Origin: Methanobacteriota archaeon
Lineage (GTDB): Archaea; Thermoplasmatota; Poseidoniia; Poseidoniales; Poseidoniaceae
Assembly: GCA_011526375.1 (NCBI GenBank)
Contig: WTIT01000151.1
Location: forward strand, 42,130-106,129
DNA: 64,000 bases
Direction of reading: 5' to 3'
Shown: piece by piece, positions 18,010-27,896 of the stretch
How positions within the stretch are numbered: position 1 is the stretch's first letter
Layout of the letters: each line of letters starts with the position of its first letter
The notes under the pieces: model-generated
What the model was told of the DNA's origin: nothing
Seen by the model: the letters and a program-made list of their open reading frames with translations, nothing else
Database searches by the model: none
Made by a program: the position numbers and the translations under genes

Positions 18010-18669
18010 ATGGCTCGAACAGTTGGTCTTGCTGAAACCACTGCCAAGACCATCGCAAATAGACCTCCACGGTTGCTAATTATTGCCGGAGCAACCGGTA
18101 CCGGCAAATCTACTGTAGCTATGAAAATCGGAGCAAAGAGCAACTTTGCCAGATTAATATCAACCGATGCGATAAGGGAGATTATGCGGTCAACGGATGG
18201 CACTCAGGCGAATCCCGCCCTTCATCGGTCTTCCTTTTCCATCGGTGAATCAAACGATGCTATAATCGACTGGGTCGATACTTGTAAAGCCGTAGAAAAA
18301 GGCATCGAAGCAACAATTAATCGTGCCATGAGAGAAGGTATCGATCTACTACTGGAGGGAGTTCATATTATTCCAAGCGACCGACTAATCCGTAGTTGGA
18401 TTGATGCAGGGGGTATCGCACTAGGCGTAATTATGATGGTGAGTGATGAAGAAAAGCACAAATCAATGATTAAATCTCGTGATGCCCATTCATTCAGAAG
18501 ACACGATAGATATATTGCAAATTTCGATAGAATTCGCAGAATTCAAGACGGTCTCGTCGAGCGATCAAAAATAGCATCCTGGCCAGTTGTGGATATTTCT
18601 AGAGTTGCGAGTGACCAAGAAAAAATTGAACATTATCTAGACCTTGCTTGGAATGAACGGCAAAATTAA
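18010..18669 (+). CDS. 2-phosphoglycerate-kinase-like P-loop protein
   Basis: GATGTGKST, ISTDAIREIMR, LHRSSF, EGVHI.P, Y..NF..IR.IQD.L. Confidence 0.8.
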   Translation: MARTVGLAETTAKTIANRPPRLLIIAGATGTGKSTVAMKIGAKSNFARLISTDAIREIMRSTDGTQANPALHRSSFSIGESNDAIIDWVDTCKAVEKGIEATINRAMREGIDLLLEGVHIIPSDRLIRSWIDAGGIALGVIMMVSDEEKHKSMIKSRDAHSFRRHDRYIANFDRIRRIQDGLVERSKIASWPVVDISRVASDQEKIEHYLDLAWNERQN

Positions 18670-19103
18670 GCCGCTATGACAAAGGTAATCTCACTCTGTA
18701 ATGTCGAGGAATCATCAGTAACCCCTAACTCGAGCGATATTTCAATCGATGAAGTATCCAATTCAACAACTGTAATATTCAGCATCTTAACTTCAACACC
18801 TCTTATTTCGCCATGATGTAGCAGATCATCGTGCACACTCGACATGGCTAATTCAGCCGCATCGATTCTATCCATACCGTTGGTAACCCATATTTCCGTG
18901 CGATTTTCAGCTAAGGACGGGAGAATATCTACTACTTCTTTGGTGGTATCGATAACCGAATCTGCATTTGGCTCGTGGGCTGATGTTAATCCTGCTACCT
19001 TTACGCTAAATACTGCCATGGAGAGTAGTGAAAGTAGTAACACAACTCCTGTTGCTAGCAGCATTTGTGCTCGCTGATTGGCGACCATATCATTAGATTT
19101 CAT
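18666..19103 (-). CDS. Pilin-like protein with class III signal peptide
   Basis: NQRAQ/MLLATGVVLLLSLL: R-A-Q followed by a hydrophobic helix; TGATG coupling with upstream gene; last gene of the pilus operon. Confidence 0.7.
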   Translation of the reverse strand: MKSNDMVANQRAQMLLATGVVLLLSLLSMAVFSVKVAGLTSAHEPNADSVIDTTKEVVDILPSLAENRTEIWVTNGMDRIDAAELAMSSVHDDLLHHGEIRGVEVKMLNITVVELDTSSIEISLELGVTDDSSTLQSEITFVIAA

Positions 19104-19543
19104 CAGGCACCGCCTCCGATATTCCATAACGTCAAACTGATGGTCCACAAATCATCTCCATCGGTTACCAATTGATGAACCGTGACCGTATCGCCAGAAG
19201 GAGTGCCAACTAAACCATAAGGACTTGAGGTAGCGCTATTTTTTGCCAACCAACAGTTTGCCTCTTTGCCGGCCATCAAGGCATCTTGTAGTAGAGTGCA
19301 TGCCCCGTCATAATCTGAGTCTGACAGTAATTCTGTAACCCTATTTTCACCTGAAATTTCAGCATCCAAGCCAAGTCCATACTGAAGTGCTGATTCACCT
19401 GCGACCTCTAGGCTAGAATCATGTGCAATCGACCTAGAATCTGGAACATCTATCCTGATTAGGAATGTTGCAGACATAAAAAATAGCCAAAATAATGTCA
19501 ACATCTCGAGGATGTGAATTTGGGCCTCCTCTTCGTTACGCAG
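19103..19543 (-). CDS. Pilin-like protein with class III-type signal (probable CTG start)
   Basis: Frame upstream of ATG 19504 reads (CTG)RNEEEAQIHILEMLTLFWLFF; the AQ.H.LE pattern is typical of archaeal minor pilins. Confidence 0.65.
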   Translation of the reverse strand: MRNEEEAQIHILEMLTLFWLFFMSATFLIRIDVPDSRSIAHDSSLEVAGESALQYGLGLDAEISGENRVTELLSDSDYDGACTLLQDALMAGKEANCWLAKNSATSSPYGLVGTPSGDTVTVHQLVTDGDDLWTISLTLWNIGGGA

Positions 19544-19555
19544 GAAATCAACTCC

Positions 19556-21172
19556 TCAGATAATTGGCGATGGTACGTAACCGCCACCGGATGGATTCAA
19601 ACCTACTGTGTATGTCGAATCTGAGGTGATAATGAGTTGGGAAATTGAGTGGCTTGATTCCCCTATCAAATCTGGACTAAATACGAGTAGATTAAACGCC
19701 AACAATGCAGCGATAATCATCATTCCAGAATGCTTGAAACCAGCCGAGAACCGCCCGCTTTGCATCAATCCTGCCATCGAACCGTTGCCTATTGCTTGCA
19801 TAGTTACTCCATAATAGAACACCGTAACGAAAAACAATGGATCAATCGATCTAATTGTCATGTTTCCAATGTTAGCTCCACCCGAATCGCCACCACCCTC
19901 ATCACCAGAATTAGATTTCGCAATAGCAGGAATAAAGATCTTACCAAGCAAAGTAATTACACCCAAGAAAACGAAATATGAGGTCCAAATAACTGCGATG
20001 TATGAGCCAATCGCTCGATTTCTTTCACCCTCAAGGAACTTAATTTCTCGAGAGTCGTTCGCTGCGGTTACCAAAATATCAGAGATCTTTCCTCCAGCCC
20101 TATCTGCTTCGGCAATTAGAGTGATAGCACGCTTTACTAACGGGGTGCCAACACGCTCAGAAAATTGTTTGATAACATCACTAAACTTGATACCCCAACT
20201 GAGTTGGTCTGACATCTTCTTGACTTCGTCATTTAGGGCACCATATTCTGACTTAACCAGCGTCTGAACCGCTACCGTCATGGAAAGACCACCTTTCCAG
20301 TATTCTGCCATATCTCTTAGGAAATCTGGGAATTTCTCTTCGATTTCGTTCTTCCTTTGTTCTACTTTTTCCCAGTAGAATGATGCAGGGTATAGCAAAA
20401 AGAAGAAGGTCAGGCCAAAGAAATTTAGGAATATCATCGGCCTTAAATCAAATGGACCTAACTCTAGTTTGGGGCCTAGCCAGTATGATTTGTTATTCAT
20501 GTTAGTTGGAATTCCGTCATAAAAATCAAGAGTCATGTCAAACTCTGCCGAATTTAGTCGCTTACCATCCTCATTGGAGAATATGGCAACTTCATAGCCA
20601 CGATCCGGTTCTAGATTATCAATCTCAATTTCGCATACATCACTAGATTTGCCAGTCGTTCCAGTAAATGATCCCATCACGTTGAGGTCGGGATCTCTAA
20701 TTGCCACAGTATATTCTGTTGGAGTGGCTGCCTCGACATTACAATCCAAAGACAGTGGTTGTTCAATTACTACGTTTCCTTTGATTTGTTCTGGCATCCC
20801 AGGTACATCAAATGATTTAGCCTTCGAAATAAAATTAGTCCAAGGGTTCTCAGACCATTCTAATTGATCTGGCCGATCTTGCAAGATTGCGCAGGACTCA
20901 TTGGCCTGGTATGATGGCTTTACAGTACCACTAAACTCCGCTGAATAATCTGTTCCTAAATCATCCTGAGCGGTGGCTCCACAGTAGACATTGGTAAACA
21001 TTGGTTCACCATTTGCCGTTGGGATAAAACCTGAGTTTGTCACCCACATTATTCCAGAAGACAAACCGAGTATCACGGAGAAAAATATGATGATGTACAA
21101 ATTCTTCAGTGTTCGATCATCTTTAGGAAGGTCTAGTTCAACGACTAGCTTTTTCTTTTTCTTCCTAGCCAT
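19556..21172 (-). CDS. Type II/IV secretion F-family (TadC/FlaJ-like) platform protein
   Basis: IEEKFPDFLRDMAE..KGG......A......YGAL..EV......L.WG...F.ERV.T; N-terminal TM plus extracellular insert. Confidence 0.9.
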   Translation of the reverse strand: MARKKKKKLVVELDLPKDDRTLKNLYIIIFFSVILGLSSGIMWVTNSGFIPTANGEPMFTNVYCGATAQDDLGTDYSAEFSGTVKPSYQANESCAILQDRPDQLEWSENPWTNFISKAKSFDVPGMPEQIKGNVVIEQPLSLDCNVEAATPTEYTVAIRDPDLNVMGSFTGTTGKSSDVCEIEIDNLEPDRGYEVAIFSNEDGKRLNSAEFDMTLDFYDGIPTNMNNKSYWLGPKLELGPFDLRPMIFLNFFGLTFFFLLYPASFYWEKVEQRKNEIEEKFPDFLRDMAEYWKGGLSMTVAVQTLVKSEYGALNDEVKKMSDQLSWGIKFSDVIKQFSERVGTPLVKRAITLIAEADRAGGKISDILVTAANDSREIKFLEGERNRAIGSYIAVIWTSYFVFLGVITLLGKIFIPAIAKSNSGDEGGGDSGGANIGNMTIRSIDPLFFVTVFYYGVTMQAIGNGSMAGLMQSGRFSAGFKHSGMMIIAALLAFNLLVFSPDLIGESSHSISQLIITSDSTYTVGLNPSGGGYVPSPII

Positions 21173-21181
21173 AATACCAAC

Positions 21182-22201
21182 TCACATTTCCTGTTCCTTA
21201 CTGCTTGTGTACACCAGAACGGCATAAGCAATGTGAATCATTGGAATGAATCCAAGTACAATCCCATATAGCATACCTTCAGACATCTGCGCACCTGAGC
21301 CGGAAACCCAGAACATAATTACCAACATCACAATCAAAAACAGCGGCATAGCAACTGCGACAACAATGTAAGACTCGGCAAGCAGGGCTATCGATTCCAA
21401 GAATTGTTGCAGTCTAGTCCGATTTTCTCTCATGTAGTGTTCAGCACGATTCAAGAAATACAATTTCAAATGACCACCAGAGGTCAAGGTTCCTACCATT
21501 CCTTGGAAGAACTCAGTTAGCCAAACTGATGCGGCCCTATCTACACTGAGTTTAATTGCGGTAATCAGGTCATATCCAAGCAGTGTTACATCTCGATAAA
21601 TTAGACCCGCATCTTCGCTTACATCACCGTAGATATCTTTGTTCATTGCTAAAGATCGGAAGATTTTGGCTGGAGTTGCATTTGCTGCAGACATTGCAGC
21701 AGTGTAAGATGCAGCATAAGGAAGATACTTTTCGATTTGAGCGCCTCTTCTGTCGGCTTCGCGTTTTGCTCCACCACGAACCAAAAGGAAGCCTGAATAG
21801 GGAACAATTGCTCCCAAAAGTACCAATATCAGAATCTTGAATGGAGCAGGAAATACTCTGGTAGCATACTCTGGACAACCATTTCCTGGTTTTGATTTGT
21901 CAACAAGTTCGGGCTCCCAATATTCCCAATCAAGACACGGGTTGATGGTTGCAGGGTCCTGTAGACTTTCCCAAAAGGCGATTACCCCTAGCTCTGGCAT
22001 GAAGAATATACCAATTATCCCCCAACACACGAGGGCTATTGCAATTGAGGTAAAAATAACTGTAGATAGGTAAACCTCTGGCATTATACCCATTGAACCT
22101 TTGACTAAGTTTTCTGATAGTGCTACATCTCTGCGGGCTCTTTTTTTCAAGATTCTACCAAGAATCCTGTTACAGAATCTTTGCCACGCAGTAAGTTCCA
22201 T
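21182..22201 (-). CDS. Type II/IV secretion F-family (TadB/FlaJ-like) platform protein
   Basis: IEKYLPYAASY..AMS, YG.VSE....I.RDV..LG.DL..A, EFFQG....L.SGG.L..Y, LAESY. Confidence 0.9.
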   Translation of the reverse strand: MELTAWQRFCNRILGRILKKRARRDVALSENLVKGSMGIMPEVYLSTVIFTSIAIALVCWGIIGIFFMPELGVIAFWESLQDPATINPCLDWEYWEPELVDKSKPGNGCPEYATRVFPAPFKILILVLLGAIVPYSGFLLVRGGAKREADRRGAQIEKYLPYAASYTAAMSAANATPAKIFRSLAMNKDIYGDVSEDAGLIYRDVTLLGYDLITAIKLSVDRAASVWLTEFFQGMVGTLTSGGHLKLYFLNRAEHYMRENRTRLQQFLESIALLAESYIVVAVAMPLFLIVMLVIMFWVSGSGAQMSEGMLYGIVLGFIPMIHIAYAVLVYTSSKEQEM

Positions 22202-22215
22202 TTGGCTCCATCCTC

Positions 22216-23781
22216 TCAACGTAATCCGTCAACTCTAGCGAGAATTTCATTAGGACGTACATAATATTCTGTAACAATCTGTGAAACTTGATCTGCTTTC
22301 CTGATATCATTCAAAACCATCCATTCAAGGATTCTCTTTCGGGTTCTCAATTCTCTCCTCATATCGTCTTGAGAATAGTTTAGCTTCACCATAATTTTCT
22401 CTAAAACATATGACTTACCGCTAAAGATAAAGTCGTCAGAGGTCACATCCCAGCGGAATACTTCATTGGTAATCACTTCAAGAGAATTGGGGTCAATACC
22501 AACAATCTCAACAAGTTGCTTGGTCCTTCTTACACGCTTGCCATTAATTCTCGTTTGAATCTGAATAGAACACGCTTCTAGAGCTGGTAGAAGAACACGA
22601 GGAATGTCGATTGGTTTGTTTTCCAACCTGTGAACTAGTGATGGCACAGAATCTGCGTGTACTGTAGAATATGCACAGTGACCAGTAGCCATCGCTTGGA
22701 ACAGTACATATGCTTCAGCACCACGAATCTCACCCACAATGATATATTCTGGCCGTTCTCTTAACGCCGCTTTAAGCAATTCGAACTCACCGATTACACC
22801 TTCTGTTGATTCACCGCCAAAACCTTGTCTTGTCAGACCTGGAACCCAGTTTGGTTGAGGAATGTTTACTTCTCTGGTAGATTCGATTGATACAATTTTC
22901 ATCTGCCAAGGAATGAAGATACACATAGCGTTTAATGTCGTTGTTTTTCCAGAAGCAGTACCACCTACGAATAGCATTGGAACCTCATTTTGGAAGGCTA
23001 TCCAAAGGTAGGATACCATCAACGAAGACATTGTCCTAAACGCAATAATGTCCGCTGGAGAGAAAGGATCGTCTTTGAATCTACGAATACAGAATGAAGA
23101 ACCTCGTGTTGATACTTCATGTCCTAATTTCATGACTATTCTTGACCCATCCATCAGTGTTGCATCGAGTAGCGGGTCGGCAACTGAAATGTGCTTACCA
23201 CACCGTTGTGCCAATTTGATAACATATGATTCTAATTCATCATCGGTTTTCCAGATACAGGTAGTTTCTACCGACTCAAATTTTCGATGATAGGCAAAAA
23301 TCGGTACATTTGTTCCATCCAAGGAGATATCTTCCACGTTGGCATCGTTCATCAGAACGTCCATTTCTCCGTAACCGATTAGGTCCCTTTTTAGGTAATA
23401 GAAAATTTTGGATTTTGACTTTTTGTTGATTTTCATTCCATATGACTTGATGACCTTGTCCATAGCAGTTCTAAGATATGCTTCTGGATTTGCATCAATC
23501 TCATCGATGTTGGCAGTTAAAGAACGAATGAAGATATCCATGATCTCCTCTCGATACTGCTCTTCTTTCTTTGTCATCGGTGGTTCAATGATTTGGTAAA
23601 TGATGTTTAGTGTTGCTCTATCACGAACAACTCTAGCGAATGCGTGAGGCGGCATGACTGGATATTTGTCAAGCTCGTCATACTGTGCCCTCTGCTGTGC
23701 ACGCTGTCGTTTTTTCGAATCTCCGCGCTTCCCACGTTTTCTCGCCAAACCATTACCCCCTGCCGATACATTTGATGACAT
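22216..23781 (-). CDS. Type IV pilus/T2SS assembly ATPase (FlaI/VirB11 family)
   Basis: GGTASGKTT, SIE.TRE, LLKAALRERPEYIIVGEIRG.EA, TGH..YST.HA. Confidence 0.95.
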   Translation of the reverse strand: MSSNVSAGGNGLARKRGKRGDSKKRQRAQQRAQYDELDKYPVMPPHAFARVVRDRATLNIIYQIIEPPMTKKEEQYREEIMDIFIRSLTANIDEIDANPEAYLRTAMDKVIKSYGMKINKKSKSKIFYYLKRDLIGYGEMDVLMNDANVEDISLDGTNVPIFAYHRKFESVETTCIWKTDDELESYVIKLAQRCGKHISVADPLLDATLMDGSRIVMKLGHEVSTRGSSFCIRRFKDDPFSPADIIAFRTMSSLMVSYLWIAFQNEVPMLFVGGTASGKTTTLNAMCIFIPWQMKIVSIESTREVNIPQPNWVPGLTRQGFGGESTEGVIGEFELLKAALRERPEYIIVGEIRGAEAYVLFQAMATGHCAYSTVHADSVPSLVHRLENKPIDIPRVLLPALEACSIQIQTRINGKRVRRTKQLVEIVGIDPNSLEVITNEVFRWDVTSDDFIFSGKSYVLEKIMVKLNYSQDDMRRELRTRKRILEWMVLNDIRKADQVSQIVTEYYVRPNEILARVDGLR

Positions 23782-23852
23782 GCATTGGATAACTATAACA
23801 CTTCGGTGAAACGAAGGGTAAAAATGGCTACACTAACCACTCATTTAGGCCT

Positions 23853-24413
23853 TCAACTGTTATTTTCTGTAAACTCTTGAAGCCACTGATTTGCTGCTTT
23901 AACTAAATCTTCCAAAGTAGATTCGTTGACTATAGTAAAATTGGCGGCATCGATAAGGGAGTACAAACCCCATCCTGCTTCTCTCGCTTCTCGAATCTCA
24001 AATTGGCCTCTATCTCCATCCTCCGAACGACCTCTTTTTTGGGTTCTTTGAAACCTAACCTCTGGATTTGCCGTTATTGCAATACTGCTGAAATTTGGCA
24101 TCCATCTCGAATTAAAAATTTCATATTCTGCCGTACCGCGCATTCCTTCAATCAATACAATTGGATGCGTTTTCATCAACTCGGAGACCTCATCTGCAAG
24201 CCTAACTGCAAGAATATCTTCGCCGAATTCGGCTCTTAGCTCAGCTGCAACCTCGCCATAGATAGTCGGGCTACCTTCTATGCCTCGGGCTTTGACCTCA
24301 GCGCGTATCATATCGCCCATAGACCTGACAGGGATGCCATTGGCAGCGATAATATTGGCAAATTCACCTTTCCCGGAGCCGGGCATTCCGCATACTGCCA
24401 CAGCATGACCCAT
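23853..24413 (-). CDS. UPF0200 AAA/nucleotide-kinase-like protein
   Basis: GMPGSGKG, SMGD.IR, EGMRG.AE, R..R...RGRSED, RE.RE..WG. Confidence 0.85.
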   Translation of the reverse strand: MGHAVAVCGMPGSGKGEFANIIAANGIPVRSMGDMIRAEVKARGIEGSPTIYGEVAAELRAEFGEDILAVRLADEVSELMKTHPIVLIEGMRGTAEYEIFNSRWMPNFSSIAITANPEVRFQRTQKRGRSEDGDRGQFEIREAREAGWGLYSLIDAANFTIVNESTLEDLVKAANQWLQEFTENNS

Positions 24414-24483
24414 GTCAGTTCCTGATGTCGATAACACATCAAAGTACCTGTATTGAAATTCAAATCAGTTCAATTCACTATCC

Positions 24484-26178
24484 CTAATTGCTAAACTCAG
24501 CACTACCCCAGCGCCGATCCATCAATTTCCAGAGAACTGCAGAAGCGAATAATAAGAAGGCGGAAATTGTCAACATTCCAACATAACCCTGCCTAACCAT
24601 GGTCTCATCATACATGCCAGCAGTTGCGGCCAAACCATCCTCTGAAGCACGTTCCCACCAATTGCCGTAGAGCGATACATCGCCTTGAGTAAAGGAAAGT
24701 AGGAATAATCCGAGTAAAGGTAGCACTGTACCAACCCAGAACCAAATCATAATCGACGCATCAAAAATTGCTTTATTCGGCCTTAAACCCATCAGAAATG
24801 CAGTCAGTGCAACAATGTAGATTGAATTAGCAAACATGACAACTATGCTGGTTGGAAGCGAGGCCCATTCATCTAGTCTCCAAGCCATCAAAATAATGAA
24901 AATTAATGATATCCAAGACGTTATCAAAAAGTAAACTAGCACTTTTGCTCTAATCAATTGTGGCACCCTAACCGGCAAACCATTCATGAATTCAGGGGAA
25001 TCTAAGATTGTCAGCCATGAGTAAAAATTGAACCCAAAAAATCCCAAAAATGGCGCATAGGATAGTAAATTAATCGGTATTGGTGCTTCAGCAAAATCGA
25101 TTAGCCAAGCCATTCCTAACAGTACTGCCAAAGGAATTGTATAGGATACAACCATTTTCTTAATCGAACCTGATCTAAACAAATCGACAAATTCCTTAGC
25201 AACAATAAGTCTAATTTCACCTCGTCCCAAGAAAGACAATTTGTCATAGATCGGTTTGAACAAGTCGCCTTTTTCTACAACACTTACATCAAAATCATCG
25301 ATGATTAGTAGTGATGAAAGATATCCAAGTAGTAGGCATAATCCAAATCCAGTTATTCCTAGTATCAGGTTCTTACTAGTCTGAATACTCAACCCAATCA
25401 ATATGACATCTATGTCAAAAACCCCGACTCCGATTATGATGCCAAGAAGAACAACAACCATCGGTCCAAAGACAGTGAATGGCCTGCCTCTCATCCATAG
25501 CGCTGATGCGAGAAATGAGATGGCTAAACCTTGAGCAAGAGTCACAACCATGGCAAACCATGTCCATGGTAAACTGGAATATTCTAAAGGAGTAGTTATG
25601 CCAAAAAATGTGTCGAGACCTTTACCAAGTCCCATGCCAACAATAATTGGCGACAAGATCAATAGTACATAGAACACTAAATCCTTGACAAAGTAGGCAA
25701 AATGAGCCATCGAATTTGGCAGAGGTTGTAATGCTGGTGATGCCAATAGGTGGTTTTTTGTTGCTGTTCTTCTAACTAAAGCATCCCTGCCCATAAAAGC
25801 GAATGTACCCATTCCCAAGCTGAACATCAATAACGGAAGGTGTAGTGCAAAACGTAATTCCTGCCAAGTAAAACTATTGGCATCTGTGTCGGTTGTTTGT
25901 GCTGCAGAGTCGCCAACTAGAAATTGTAATCCAACTGTAGACACCATGGTAACAAGCGCAAGTAACATTGGGAAAAGTACCATTTGCCTTGCTTTAGCAA
26001 ATTCAACATTCTTGCGGAATTCTTCCTTGAACATTACAGTAAATGTCGCCCTGAATGATGACAACCCTCGTAGTGGCGTCAAGAGAAGTTGTCCTCCCGA
26101 GTGAGTACCTAATCCAATTAAAGAGGTGGAACGGTCTATCTCGTCCCATTCTCTAGAGATTATTTGGGCACCAGGCAA
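24484..26178 (-). CDS. Multi-pass membrane protein, probable ABC exporter permease
   Basis: About 12 TM helices; two half-repeats (FKEEFR / VAKEFVDLFRS); directly downstream of the ABC ATPase. Confidence 0.8.
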   Translation of the reverse strand: MPGAQIISREWDEIDRSTSLIGLGTHSGGQLLLTPLRGLSSFRATFTVMFKEEFRKNVEFAKARQMVLFPMLLALVTMVSTVGLQFLVGDSAAQTTDTDANSFTWQELRFALHLPLLMFSLGMGTFAFMGRDALVRRTATKNHLLASPALQPLPNSMAHFAYFVKDLVFYVLLILSPIIVGMGLGKGLDTFFGITTPLEYSSLPWTWFAMVVTLAQGLAISFLASALWMRGRPFTVFGPMVVVLLGIIIGVGVFDIDVILIGLSIQTSKNLILGITGFGLCLLLGYLSSLLIIDDFDVSVVEKGDLFKPIYDKLSFLGRGEIRLIVAKEFVDLFRSGSIKKMVVSYTIPLAVLLGMAWLIDFAEAPIPINLLSYAPFLGFFGFNFYSWLTILDSPEFMNGLPVRVPQLIRAKVLVYFLITSWISLIFIILMAWRLDEWASLPTSIVVMFANSIYIVALTAFLMGLRPNKAIFDASIMIWFWVGTVLPLLGLFLLSFTQGDVSLYGNWWERASEDGLAATAGMYDETMVRQGYVGMLTISAFLLFASAVLWKLMDRRWGSAEFSN

Positions 26179-26180
26179 AT

Positions 26181-26957
26181 TTATTCCTCCTCATTTGCCT
26201 CTTGTTCAAATAATTTCTCGACATCTTCAATCGATTTACCCACAAGGCGGATGAACACATCTTCGAGAGTTTCTTCAGCGTTTTGTTTCAAACCTCTAAC
26301 TGTGCCGGCAGCAAGCACCTTACCGTCATTGATAATTGCCATTCTGTTACACATTCTCTCAGCCATTTCAAGTACGTGAGAGCAGAGGAAAATTGTTCCA
26401 CCATTTCTTACATGTTCAAGTAACCATTCGCGACATTTTCTTTGATATATTGGATCCAAATTGGCAAAGGGTTCATCCAAAAATAATAATTTGGGTTTAT
26501 GGATGAATGCAGAGGCAAGCATTACTTTTTGGCGTTGTCCTTTTGACAAATCCTTGCACATCGTATTCCTTTTTTCTTCAAGTCCGAACCAATCTAACCA
26601 ATATTCGACTTCGTTGTCACTGTCACTTAAATCTCGTAATTTAGCAACGAATTGGAGAAACTCAACCGGTGTCAAATAGGATGGCGGAGATTCAGATTCA
26701 GGAACGATACCGATGTTGGCTTTAACCTTCTGAGGCGACTTGGTAGCATTTATTCCTAAAACCTCGATTTGCCCTTTACTCGGTTTAAGTTGGCCTGTAA
26801 GCAGTTTGATGAAAGTAGATTTTCCCGCCCCGTTTGGGCCAAAAACTCCGAAGAATTCTCCCGAGTGCACCTCAACATTGAGTGGATGAAGTGCGATAAA
26901 ATCACCATACTTTTTTGCCATGTCGACTGCTTTTACTAACGGCGCGTCGTCACTCAT
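26181..26957 (-). CDS. ABC transporter ATP-binding protein
   Basis: GPNGAGKST, LSKGQRQK, LFLDEP, CSH.L. Confidence 0.95.
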   Translation of the reverse strand: MSDDAPLVKAVDMAKKYGDFIALHPLNVEVHSGEFFGVFGPNGAGKSTFIKLLTGQLKPSKGQIEVLGINATKSPQKVKANIGIVPESESPPSYLTPVEFLQFVAKLRDLSDSDNEVEYWLDWFGLEEKRNTMCKDLSKGQRQKVMLASAFIHKPKLLFLDEPFANLDPIYQRKCREWLLEHVRNGGTIFLCSHVLEMAERMCNRMAIINDGKVLAAGTVRGLKQNAEETLEDVFIRLVGKSIEDVEKLFEQEANEEE

Positions 26958-27042
26958 GAAACTACCAGACTGTTCTAATCTATGTAATATTGGTTTCAAC
27001 CACAATCGGATAAATCATGAAGTTGATTGTAATAGCATGCTC

Positions 27043-27885
27043 ATGGACGAGGTAAGCACATCTGTTTTGACGGTAGAGAAAATTCCGTTAAATGATGACT
27101 CAATGGATGGATATATTGCAAAAGCAACAATAAATAGACCAAATAAATTGAACGCTTTGAATGCTGAGGTTATGGACTCATTGAAGAATTTCTGTGCCTG
27201 GGTGGAAAGCAACAAATCGGTAAGGTGTGTTATCATCGCTGGTGCCAAACCCCTACCGGCGGAAGAAGGAAAGCGACCAAAACCTAATGCCTTCGTCGCC
27301 GGAGCAGATATTTCAGAATTTGTCGGCATGGATAGTGCTGCAACCAAAATCAAATTCACTGACAATGCGGTAGAAGCGCTGTGGGGACTGACCAAACCAA
27401 CAATCGCGATGGTCGATGGATTTGCTCTAGGAGGCGGGTGTGAGGTAGCGTGTTCTTGTGACATAAGAATAGCATCCGACCGAGCAAAATTTGGTACTCC
27501 TGAAATTAATCTCGGTTTAATTCCAGGCTATGGCGCAACTCAACGGTTAGCCAAGTTAATTGGTTACGGCAAAACGCTGGAAATGGTGATGACAGGTGAA
27601 ATGATTAACGCCCAAGAGGCTAAATCAATTGGCTTAGTGAACCATGTCTGTGCACCAGAAGAGTTAGAAGCAGTGACTTTAGACATGGCAAACAAAATTG
27701 CCAGTAAGTCAGTGTTCACCCTCGCTGCAGCAAAGCGTACAATTAGGGCATCTCTAAACAATACTCTAGATCAAGGTGTGGCAATTGAAGCGGAAGAGTT
27801 TGCCAATTTGTTTGATAGTAAAGACAAGGAAGAAGGGGTAAAAGCTTTCATGGAAAGAAGCAAGCCAAAATGGCAAGATATGTGA
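27043..27885 (+). CDS. Enoyl-CoA hydratase (crotonase)
   Basis: NRP.KLNALN, FVAGADI, GFALGGGCE, FG.PEINLG..PG.GATQRL; two catalytic Glu. Confidence 0.93.
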   Translation: MDEVSTSVLTVEKIPLNDDSMDGYIAKATINRPNKLNALNAEVMDSLKNFCAWVESNKSVRCVIIAGAKPLPAEEGKRPKPNAFVAGADISEFVGMDSAATKIKFTDNAVEALWGLTKPTIAMVDGFALGGGCEVACSCDIRIASDRAKFGTPEINLGLIPGYGATQRLAKLIGYGKTLEMVMTGEMINAQEAKSIGLVNHVCAPEELEAVTLDMANKIASKSVFTLAAAKRTIRASLNNTLDQGVAIEAEEFANLFDSKDKEEGVKAFMERSKPKWQDM

Positions 27886-27896
27886 GTAAAGCTAAC

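Noticed and set aside
18666-23781. Archaellum operon
   Set aside because: No archaellins or ArlF/G/H; two separate platform genes indicate a pilus.
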